IMG/VR virus record: IMGVR_UViG_3300031227_000031 | Origin: an uncultured virus (IMG/VR IMGVR_UViG_3300031227_000031) | Taxonomy: Duplodnaviria; Heunggongvirae; Uroviricota; Caudoviricetes | Strand: one strand, 5' to 3' | Length of the DNA: 20,000 bases | In this document: positions 8,980-15,651 of the stretch, in pieces | Layout: the number at the start of each line of letters is the position of its first letter | Numbering within the stretch: the stretch's first letter is position 1 | Notes under the pieces: generated by a model | What the model was told of the DNA's origin: nothing | Databases searched by the model: none | The model's input: only the letters and a program-made list of their open reading frames with translations | Position numbers and translations under genes: made by a program

Positions 8980-9987
8980 TTACGTAGTCGTGGTTGTGGT
9001 CGACGTCGAAGTTGTGGTTGTCGTAGTTGTGGTCGTACCAGCAAAGGTTATTGTTAACTCATCGTTCCCGGCCGTAGAGTTTTTATTGGCCTCCATTGTC
9101 GCGCTGTATGTACGAATACCTTCACGGTCATTCTGACTCAGCCCGGTGAACGCAGTTTTTGGCAACGCAATTGTGCAAATCGAATCATCGCTTGATTGAA
9201 GAATAATACTGATTGCAGCTTCAGTGCTTACCTTCAATCTATTAAAGAAATCAAAATCAGCAACGAGTTGCTGTTCCGGGTCCAAAGTTACGATCGGATC
9301 CCGGCCAACAATCATCGCATGCAGAATGCCGGTTTCGTCTTGCGGTTTTGGCCGATAAATGATTTCGTTTTGCATATTAATTTCCATATTCTGAATAAGC
9401 ATCGGCGAACTATGAACCGTGAACGTCGCGTTCTGGAAGATAAACGGTTTTTCATCTTCCGGTTCAGGGCTCGGCATAGACTCATCTTCATGTGTTGAAT
9501 ATTTACCCATAAACGTATACTCAACCATCACGGATTCACCAACAACAAAAATGAACCTTGCGTTGCCCATGGCACCCGCCAAGACTTTCTTCATTCCGTC
9601 TTCCCAAACAGCAATGGTGATTGTTTCCATAAGCGCTAATGTGGAAATCGGCGCATAAGCCGAAGACGTGCTGCCGCTCAATGATTCATCAAGCCCACTA
9701 GCCTGCAAGTACGGACCGTTAGACGGAGACTCCCCTATATTTGCAATCGGCGGTGCCATAAGTTCAGCCCGGAACGTCAATTCAGCAAGATGCTGCCCCG
9801 TAAGCGACGCATGGCGTGATAATGATGCCGTAAACGGATTACGCTTAAACTTTGCCGGATTGAATTCAAATGCTGGCTCATACGCTAAAATTTTAGCTTG
9901 TCCGGCGCCAACAGTTATCGCCGTGCCTTTTGTTGATTCCAAACGGCCACCAACGTGTATTCTTCTTGTGATCATACCTCCAGCCAT
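8980..9987 (-). CDS. Major tail (tube) protein with an 18-aa C-terminal Thr/Ser tail
   Basis: 335 aa, strong SD AAAGGAGG, beta-rich tube-like motifs (ESTKGT, LQASGL, GAMGN, DREGIRTY, GNDELTITF); follows the tail terminator; no sheath gene in the module. Confidence 0.8.
   Translation of the reverse strand: MAGGMITRRIHVGGRLESTKGTAITVGAGQAKILAYEPAFEFNPAKFKRNPFTASLSRHASLTGQHLAELTFRAELMAPPIANIGESPSNGPYLQASGLDESLSGSTSSAYAPISTLALMETITIAVWEDGMKKVLAGAMGNARFIFVVGESVMVEYTFMGKYSTHEDESMPSPEPEDEKPFIFQNATFTVHSSPMLIQNMEINMQNEIIYRPKPQDETGILHAMIVGRDPIVTLDPEQQLVADFDFFNRLKVSTEAAISIILQSSDDSICTIALPKTAFTGLSQNDREGIRTYSATMEANKNSTAGNDELTITFAGTTTTTTTTTSTSTTTTTT
8983..9036 (-). repeat. Thr/Ser tract, 18 codons (T9-STS-T6)
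   Basis: Direct translation; C-terminus of the tail tube protein. Confidence 0.95.
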
Positions 9988-10002
9988 TTTACCCTCCTTT
10001 TA

Positions 10003-10449
10003 TCAAAAGACGTTTCTGTCTCTTATGGTTAACCTTATTTCATATTTATGGCAAAGAATGTTTCCAAACATCCCCAAAACAATATCAGCCTCAATGGGAT
10101 ATTGCACAACTTCAGCGGTGTTGTTTAACTGGTCGTTCCCGCGGAATACTGCAATTATAGAAACAACGAGGTCTTCCACGGTTTTTGCCGTTTCATCCTC
10201 GTCTTTAAGCCCGTAAGCGCCTTCAATAACAAAATTAAAAGCATTCCGGGCGGTGCTATTGCTTCCATGAACAATTTCGCTCAAACTGTTCAAGGAAAAT
10301 TGGATAAAATTTATTTTGTCACTATCCTCAAAAGCATCTTTATAGGTAGACCACTCTTTACTATACCGCTTGTAATCATGGACTTGGCCAATACCACTGA
10401 CGCCCTCAAGAACAGTTTTTAGCGCTGTTCTGATGTTGGTGAGGGACAC
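10003..10449 (-). CDS. Probable tail terminator protein
   Basis: 148 aa, GTG start, IRTALKTVLEGVSGIGQVHDY N-terminus, alpha/beta pattern; directly upstream of the tail tube. Confidence 0.65.
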   Translation of the reverse strand: MSLTNIRTALKTVLEGVSGIGQVHDYKRYSKEWSTYKDAFEDSDKINFIQFSLNSLSEIVHGSNSTARNAFNFVIEGAYGLKDEDETAKTVEDLVVSIIAVFRGNDQLNNTAEVVQYPIEADIVLGMFGNILCHKYEIRLTIRDRNVF

Positions 10450-10503
10450 GTTATCGCCGCCTTTTTGTGTGCCGGGAGAAAACTACAATCGCTGGCGCCG
10501 GCA

Positions 10504-10752
10504 TTATTTTGTAATACGATCAATTTGTTTTTCGTTGGTTTTGATTTTTTGCTCAATGCACGAAAGTCTCCGTTCATAGCCGACCTCAAGATCTTGATGA
10601 TGAAATAAATGATTTGTAAAATGCGCATCAAGTTTTGCAACATCTGTCTTTATGTCGGTTAAAATGAAAAGAGCAATCGTAATCAGTACTGGCGTAATAA
10701 GTCTAAACATTTGCGTAAAGTCCTCAACGAATCGTCGAAAGTTTTCATGCAT
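10504..10752 (-). CDS. Small protein with one predicted transmembrane helix and a coiled coil (possibly holin-like)
   Basis: 82 aa; hydrophobic LITPVLITIALFIL followed by a heptad-like charged tail; fits the operon packing. Confidence 0.55.
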   Translation of the reverse strand: MHENFRRFVEDFTQMFRLITPVLITIALFILTDIKTDVAKLDAHFTNHLFHHQDLEVGYERRLSCIEQKIKTNEKQIDRITK

Positions 10753-10760
10753 CAGGGTTA

Positions 10761-11540
10761 TTACCTATTCTCGCTTGGATGGGTTAAGTAATCTGATTTC
10801 CAACTAAACGTCAGATCCATGTCAGCGAATGCAATTGCCCCGGCTTTTTCTTCACCGGCCCCGCCTTTGACATGGCTCTTGTACTGCCCATAATAAAGCT
10901 CGGCTAAATCCCTGTAATCAGCCGATTTTGCTGAATAATTCACAACATCCGCATCGACACTCGGTTCACTTGTTTGTGCGTATTTTGCTGATAAAGCCGA
11001 GCAACAAAAAGCCGTAGCCAACGCAGCCACAGCTTCAATGTCATTCTCGGGTACAGTGCATTCAGACTCAGAAACAACATGAGGAAGAAGATAGACATAT
11101 CGGAAAGTGTACCCGGATGCCGGTTTAAACGTTAGGAACCTTAAAACATTGCCACTTGCTTTTTTATAAATAATCCAATCATTGCCATCAACATACTGAG
11201 GTGTTTGTATATCTGAGCGAATTGGATATTCAATTCTGCTGATTATCTGAGAAAACTTATCTACCCATCCATCAGGAAAATCAAAGTCGTAGGTTGAACC
11301 ATCCGCGTCGGAATTTTCGTGGACTTGTTCTTGCGGTTTATCATTTGAATAAACACGAACAGCACGTTTTAATGATAATTCAATCTCGTTTGGTTTAAGG
11401 ATTTCTGAATCGTCTTGAAGATTAAAATTAATCCGACTTCGGATATCTTCAATGGAGGGGGATTGGAGAGTCGTAGATGTCGACGTCGTGGAAGTGGTCG
11501 ACGTAGTCGTGGTCGAGGTGCTCGTAGTAGACGTCGACAT
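10761..11540 (-). CDS. Head-tail adaptor/connector with a 23-aa N-terminal Ser/Thr tract
   Basis: SD AAAAGGAGG. Helical N-terminal part (IEDIRSRINFNLQD...EIELSLKRAVRVYS), central beta region, then VAALATAFCC...ADVVNYSAKSADYRDLA; position after the capsid genes. Confidence 0.7.
   Translation of the reverse strand: MSTSTTSTSTTTTSTTSTTSTSTTLQSPSIEDIRSRINFNLQDDSEILKPNEIELSLKRAVRVYSNDKPQEQVHENSDADGSTYDFDFPDGWVDKFSQIISRIEYPIRSDIQTPQYVDGNDWIIYKKASGNVLRFLTFKPASGYTFRYVYLLPHVVSESECTVPENDIEAVAALATAFCCSALSAKYAQTSEPSVDADVVNYSAKSADYRDLAELYYGQYKSHVKGGAGEEKAGAIAFADMDLTFSWKSDYLTHPSENR
11469..11537 (-). repeat. Ser/Thr tract, 23 codons
   Basis: Direct translation; immediately after the start Met of the adaptor gene. 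Confidence 0.95.
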
Positions 11541-11552
11541 TCACGCCTCCTT

Positions 11553-11933
11553 TTAAGTCAAATAAAGGTATAGCCGCGCTCCAGCGCTTATGCTAACGAC
11601 TTGAAGATCATGCGCAGGCACTGGGCGTACTAAAGCCGGTCCATTAACATTGTTCCCGGATACGGAAAGATCGCCCGCTTTTGCTTGCCAAAACTCTTGA
11701 TTTGTGCTTTTTTGTCTTATGAACACGGAATCAACGTCATTGGCAGCAAAAAAACAAAAACCGGAAATCATATACGTTTTATGCTTATACGACGCTGGAA
11801 TGATATCGCCGGTCTTCGTTATTACGAGAGGGTTCCCGATGGTCTGGATTCCGGTCGTAGTAGTCGAACTCGAAGTTGTTGACGTTGTCGAAGTCGTCGA
11901 GGTCGTTGAGGTTGAAGTCGAGGTTGTAGACAT
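11553..11933 (-). CDS. Probable virion structural protein with a 26-aa N-terminal Ser/Thr tract
   Basis: 126 aa; small beta-rich domain ending GARLYLYLT; lies between the head accessory genes and the adaptor. Confidence 0.6.
   Translation of the reverse strand: MSTTSTSTSTTSTTSTTSTTSSSTTTTGIQTIGNPLVITKTGDIIPASYKHKTYMISGFCFFAANDVDSVFIRQKSTNQEFWQAKAGDLSVSGNNVNGPALVRPVPAHDLQVVSISAGARLYLYLT
11853..11930 (-). repeat. Ser/Thr tract, 26 codons
   Basis: Direct translation; immediately after the start Met of 11553..11933. Confidence 0.95.
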
Positions 11934-11956
11934 TAATTATTCCCCCACGTAAAGGG

Positions 11957-12409
11957 TTAAGTTGTCGTCGTTGTCGAGGTCGTCGAAGTTGTCGAGGTCG
12001 TCGAAGTTGTTGACGTTGTCGAAGTCGTTGAAGTCGTCGTTGTAGATGTCGATTCAGTTCCTGCTGGATCCACTCCAACAACCTGCCAATATGTTCCGTC
12101 GCATTTAAAAATAGCCGCCTGCAACGGCGCAAATGAAACAGTGTCGTAACTCGCACCGCCACCATTAAACCCGGCCGCAACATAAACATCATTGGTTGAC
12201 GATGTCGCATGAATGCTAGCGATGATTATTTCAACGCCTTTATACACCGTAGACGCCACAGGTAAGGTTAAGGTAACGTTTTCCCCAGTGATGCGGAAAA
12301 CTTTATAATTCATTAATTCGGTTTCAGTTAAAGCTACTGATGTAGCTTTATCGACGGAAAGCTCATGATCCCGCAGCCCGTGAGGGAAACGTGTATTTCT
12401 CGATAACAT
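11957..12409 (-). CDS. Probable head decoration/fibre protein, paralog B, with a 31-aa C-terminal Ser/Thr tract
   Basis: SD GGAGG. TLTLP.AS...G...CDGTYW beta-domain pattern seen in phage fibre and decoration proteins. 61 of 118 identities, ungapped, to 12432..12794 by hand count. Confidence 0.65.
   Translation of the reverse strand: MLSRNTRFPHGLRDHELSVDKATSVALTETELMNYKVFRITGENVTLTLPVASTVYKGVEIIIASIHATSSTNDVYVAAGFNGGGASYDTVSFAPLQAAIFKCDGTYWQVVGVDPAGTESTSTTTTSTTSTTSTTSTTSTTSTTSTTTTT
11960..12052 (-). repeat. Ser/Thr tract, 31 codons (STSTTTT-(STT)6-STTTTT)
   Basis: Direct translation; C-terminus of 11957..12409. Confidence 0.95.
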
Positions 12410-12431
12410 TTTATTCCTCCCGGTTTATTTT

Positions 12432-12794
12432 TTACGAAGCCGCAGGTGATCCACCAACGCAGAACCAATACGTTCCATCACAGTAAAGCAAGATGGACCC
12501 CAAAGCAGGAAGGTTGATCGTGTCGTAATCCGTGCTTCCGCCATTAAACCCTGCCGCAACATAAACTTCGTTTGTTGCAGATGACGCATGAATACTCGCA
12601 ACAATAAGACCAACGCCTTTATACGTTGACGACGCTGCGGGAATCGTTATTTTTTTCCCGGTCCCACTTTGCGTGATCGCGCCATACTTCATCAATTCGG
12701 TTTCGGTCAACGTAGCATCATCAGATTTCGCAACACTCGATCGAGTATCCCGCACCCCATGAGGCATCCGTGTTTGTTTCGCTAAAATGACCAT
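12432..12794 (-). CDS. Probable head decoration/fibre protein, paralog A (no Ser/Thr tract)
   Basis: SD GGGAGG; first gene after the major capsid; paralog of 11957..12409. Confidence 0.65.
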   Translation of the reverse strand: MVILAKQTRMPHGVRDTRSSVAKSDDATLTETELMKYGAITQSGTGKKITIPAASSTYKGVGLIVASIHASSATNEVYVAAGFNGGSTDYDTINLPALGSILLYCDGTYWFCVGGSPAAS

Positions 12795-12809
12795 TATTTC
12801 CTCCCGTGG

Positions 12810-12846
12810 AAAAAAGGCAGGAAGGGTTTGACCCCGCCCTGCCTTT
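12810..12846 (-). terminator. Rho-independent terminator after the major capsid gene
   Basis: Minus strand AAAGGCAGG-GC-GGGGTCAAACCC-TT-CCTGCC-TTTTTT: GC-rich hairpin followed by 6 U, 17 nt after the capsid stop. Confidence 0.75.
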
Positions 12847-12863
12847 GGATTTTATGGCTTTGG

Positions 12864-15584
12864 TTAAACGATGCCAGCGGCATAGGCGCGGTAATCAGGC
12901 ACACATCCGCCATACTCGTGACGGACTTTATACCGAATCGTATCCGCAGTGAACACGTTGCCAACCGTGGGCTGATCCTGAACCAATATTTCAGGAATTT
13001 CTTTACCATTTAAAAAGCCAATCTCGATAGGATCGACTTCATCAGTGAAGCTGAGGTAATAGTTGTTTTCGTCACCTCGCAGGTACGGGCTAACCCGAAG
13101 ACTAGCAGCACCTTTCAGCACGTTCACGGCATTTTCACCGCTTTCCGGATGAAGCGTTGACAATAACAACTGTTCCGCTAATCCTTTCAAGGTTCTTGGT
13201 ATCCACAACTTCGGCTTGGATAACCCGAGGAACCGTGAACTCTTTGTAACAACGGGGTAATTATCGCCACTCTTATCATGCGCAGCAGCCGTTGTCCCGA
13301 ACAGCCCGCGGGTAACGGTTAAAACATCCGTAGCAACAACGTCAACCCGGATAAGCTCGCCATCGATTTTAATAACATCACCGGCTTTGATGTACGTTCC
13401 CGTTCCGCCAGTAACATTAATCGTGGTTGCATCCGAGGTCAATGTGTTATCGGCCGTTGCAGTTTTGTACCCATCCTCTATTGTATAATAGCAATAGTTT
13501 AATAACGTCTGCAAGGAATCATACCCTAAAGCAGTCGTTGAATAATTTTGATGGTAGATGTCAAACAGGTTGATGCCAGCGGCTACTGCATATTCATCTG
13601 CCCAATTAGCACCAGTATTAATCCCACTGGCGGAAGTAAAATCCATCATCAGATCAAATGCGAACTGATTCAAGGTTTCTTCAGCGGAACGAGCCAACTT
13701 TTGCGGGACTTTTTTCAACTGACGAAGATCGTCGTTGATGATTGACCGGCGGGTGATCGTTAACATACCACCTTTGGTCGCGATCCCATAAGCTTGCTCG
13801 GTATCCACCGGGTATCCCAATTCGGGATAAGACGGCGATGCCGTATCCGTTGGGGTTCCCTGCGTAGTTCTTGCAGCAATAACCGTTGGCAAAACACCAA
13901 ACCCGCCCCAACGAATGAGTTCCTGCATTTTGAAGTCTTTGACAGAAACTTTTTGCGCAATTTCCTTCCACATATGCGGAAGACCCTTATATTCCTTCAA
14001 CATGCGCCGGTTGATGGTATACCCGAGCATGTACGAAAAACTGGAAGATGTCACGGCTTCTTTCAACTTCGATCTTGGAAGTAAACCTGTGACTTCAGTA
14101 TCACCGGTAATAGCCACATAAGCTTCCCGGATACTTTCAAACGGCTCAACACCTTCATAATCCGCTTTTTCTTTTTCATCAGGTTCGTGGTCAAACGTCA
14201 AATCCAAGGATGCCTGCAACCGGTCACTACCGGTCCGGCCAACACGGATCTCTGCCGTCTGCCCATCACCGAGATCGATAATGTCGCCACTCTTAGATAA
14301 CGCAGCCAAAACATCCTTCTCAGAACGAATTGATTCTTTGATGGATGTTTCATTGATAATCTGGCCCTCAAAACCTTTACGAAGTTTTTCCCGTACGGGA
14401 TTCGGAAGGTTAGAAGCGTCAAGCTGTGCACTAAGAACAGCACGACTTTCAGCGATTTTTTGGGTCTTGATGATGTCATCAACTTTGGTCTCCAGATCCT
14501 TATTTTTCTTTTCAGCTTCCTTGGTCCGCTTTTCAGCTTCCTGAACGCGCTTCTCAGCTTCAGGATCCTTATTATCTTCTTTTTTCTTTTCAGGCGTGGA
14601 TTCTTTCACCCACTTTTGTAACAACGCGGTAGCCAAAGGAAAACTCTTGTTTTTAACCAACGTGGAAACTTGCTCCAACATTTTTTTACCTTTAGCGGCA
14701 AGCGCAAGTTTGGACTCTTTGGCTGAAAATTCGTCAATAGCCTTGGTCGCAGCTTCAATTGCGACATCGAGTTCAGCTGCCTCTTTTTCTTTGGCTGCAT
14801 CAGCCACGTCTTCGGCTTTTTTCTTATCTTCTTCAGCCACCGTTTTTTCCTCTTCAGCTTTTTGATGAAGATCATCAGCTTCTTTCATCAATTTACCCAT
14901 GATCTCAGAAACCTGATCTTCAGTAATATTTTTAACGTCAACGCCCCCAAGAAGCTCCGGTCTTGATTCCTGGATGATTTTGATTAATTTTTCAAACATA
15001 TCAGTTGACCTCCTCTCAGCTTCGTTATAGCTGGAAAGTAATTTTAGAAATCCGCCACCCGCTGCCGGGTGTGTTACCAAATCAACACTAAAAACGTTCT
15101 CGATACTATTAACAAGCTGAACTGGCCGGCCACTTAAGAGTTGTAAACTCTGTTCCCCATCAGCATTTATGGATAAACCTAAGACTTTTTTAACACCTTT
15201 GTCCCAGGCTGAAGTAAGGAGATCTTTAAGCCACGTAGAACCTTTAGAAATATTCAAGGTCCCGGTCAGGCCAGAAACTGATTCACCATCGCGGTTAACA
15301 GATTCATACTTGATGTCAGTAAGAAAACCCGCGGTATTCTTAGGGAACCCCTCGGGCCTCATTTCTTCTATTTTATCAGGGAGATGATCGAAGTGTTTAC
15401 TCTTGAACTCATAAAACATAACCTTCGCATTTTCAAAAAGATTGGAAGCGGCCTGAAGAACTTTTCCAGGATAATATTTCCCGTTCTTAGAAAGGCCCTC
15501 CTCAACAATCATGACTCGCCATTGATCACCATTGATTGACTCAAGTAATCTTAGCGCTTGAATTTGGAAAAACTTTTTTCTCAT
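12864..15584 (-). CDS. Prohead protease-scaffold-major capsid protein fusion (HK97 fold, Mu gpT-like capsid part)
   Basis: Residues 1 to about 185 are protease-like (GLSKNGKYYP, HFDH, GLSINADG, SVDLVTHPAAGGGF). About 196-450 is a Lys/Glu coiled-coil scaffold. The remainder is capsid-like (VKDFK, TKGGMLTITRRSIINDDL, GFLNGKEIPEI, YKVRHEYG...DYRA). Confidence 0.9.
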   Translation of the reverse strand: MRKKFFQIQALRLLESINGDQWRVMIVEEGLSKNGKYYPGKVLQAASNLFENAKVMFYEFKSKHFDHLPDKIEEMRPEGFPKNTAGFLTDIKYESVNRDGESVSGLTGTLNISKGSTWLKDLLTSAWDKGVKKVLGLSINADGEQSLQLLSGRPVQLVNSIENVFSVDLVTHPAAGGGFLKLLSSYNEAERRSTDMFEKLIKIIQESRPELLGGVDVKNITEDQVSEIMGKLMKEADDLHQKAEEEKTVAEEDKKKAEDVADAAKEKEAAELDVAIEAATKAIDEFSAKESKLALAAKGKKMLEQVSTLVKNKSFPLATALLQKWVKESTPEKKKEDNKDPEAEKRVQEAEKRTKEAEKKNKDLETKVDDIIKTQKIAESRAVLSAQLDASNLPNPVREKLRKGFEGQIINETSIKESIRSEKDVLAALSKSGDIIDLGDGQTAEIRVGRTGSDRLQASLDLTFDHEPDEKEKADYEGVEPFESIREAYVAITGDTEVTGLLPRSKLKEAVTSSSFSYMLGYTINRRMLKEYKGLPHMWKEIAQKVSVKDFKMQELIRWGGFGVLPTVIAARTTQGTPTDTASPSYPELGYPVDTEQAYGIATKGGMLTITRRSIINDDLRQLKKVPQKLARSAEETLNQFAFDLMMDFTSASGINTGANWADEYAVAAGINLFDIYHQNYSTTALGYDSLQTLLNYCYYTIEDGYKTATADNTLTSDATTINVTGGTGTYIKAGDVIKIDGELIRVDVVATDVLTVTRGLFGTTAAAHDKSGDNYPVVTKSSRFLGLSKPKLWIPRTLKGLAEQLLLSTLHPESGENAVNVLKGAASLRVSPYLRGDENNYYLSFTDEVDPIEIGFLNGKEIPEILVQDQPTVGNVFTADTIRYKVRHEYGGCVPDYRAYAAGIV
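14997..15014 (-). promoter_or_regulatory. Internal in-frame ribosome binding site and ATG (scaffold-capsid start)
   Basis: AGGAGGTCAACTGATATG: AGGAGG lies 9 nt before the in-frame ATG at 14999 (MFEKLIK...), at the protease/scaffold boundary. Confidence 0.65.
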
Positions 15585-15604
15585 AAAAAATCCCTTCTAT
15601 ACTA

Positions 15605-15634
15605 AGTATAAGCATGCCATAGCAATAAAGTCAA
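15605..15634 (-). promoter_or_regulatory. Sigma70-like promoter upstream of the protease-capsid gene
   Basis: TTGACT (15634-15629), 18-nt spacer, TATACT (15610-15605), in the AT-rich 67-nt gap between portal and capsid genes. Confidence 0.55.
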
Positions 15635-15651
15635 CCAAAATATAACTTTTT

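Noticed and set aside
8979..9044. Arg/Pro/Gln-rich N-terminal extension of the 8394..9044 ORF, or a frameshift fusion of tail tube to this gene
   Set aside because: It is the Thr tract read in another frame. I found no slippery site, and ATG 8978 is coupled directly to the tube stop.
10460..10503. Inverted repeat TGCCGG...CCGGCA in the gap before the tail terminator gene
   Set aside because: Only a 6-bp stem with a 32-nt loop and no adjacent U-tract on the coding strand; too weak to call.
5391..11952. Plus-strand ORFs with VEVVEV repeats (5391..5663, 11704..11952) and other plus-strand ORFs
   Set aside because: Antisense shadows of minus-strand genes; the Val/Glu/Asp repeats are the reverse complement of Thr/Ser codons.
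11785..12210. 141-aa minus-strand ORF with RRPRQL and DDFDNVNN-like repeats
   Set aside because: Alternative-frame shadow of the two Ser/Thr tracts; overlaps two genes that have good SDs.
11957..12794. Paralog pair as a diversity-generating retroelement template/variable repeat
   Set aside because: Divergence is spread over all bases, both copies are intact genes with SDs, and there is no reverse transcriptase in the window.
12794..13009. 71-aa minus-strand ORF bridging the capsid end and paralog A (possible capsid frameshift extension)
   Set aside because: It stops at the start of paralog A rather than fusing to it, runs through the terminator hairpin, and I found no convincing slippery site.
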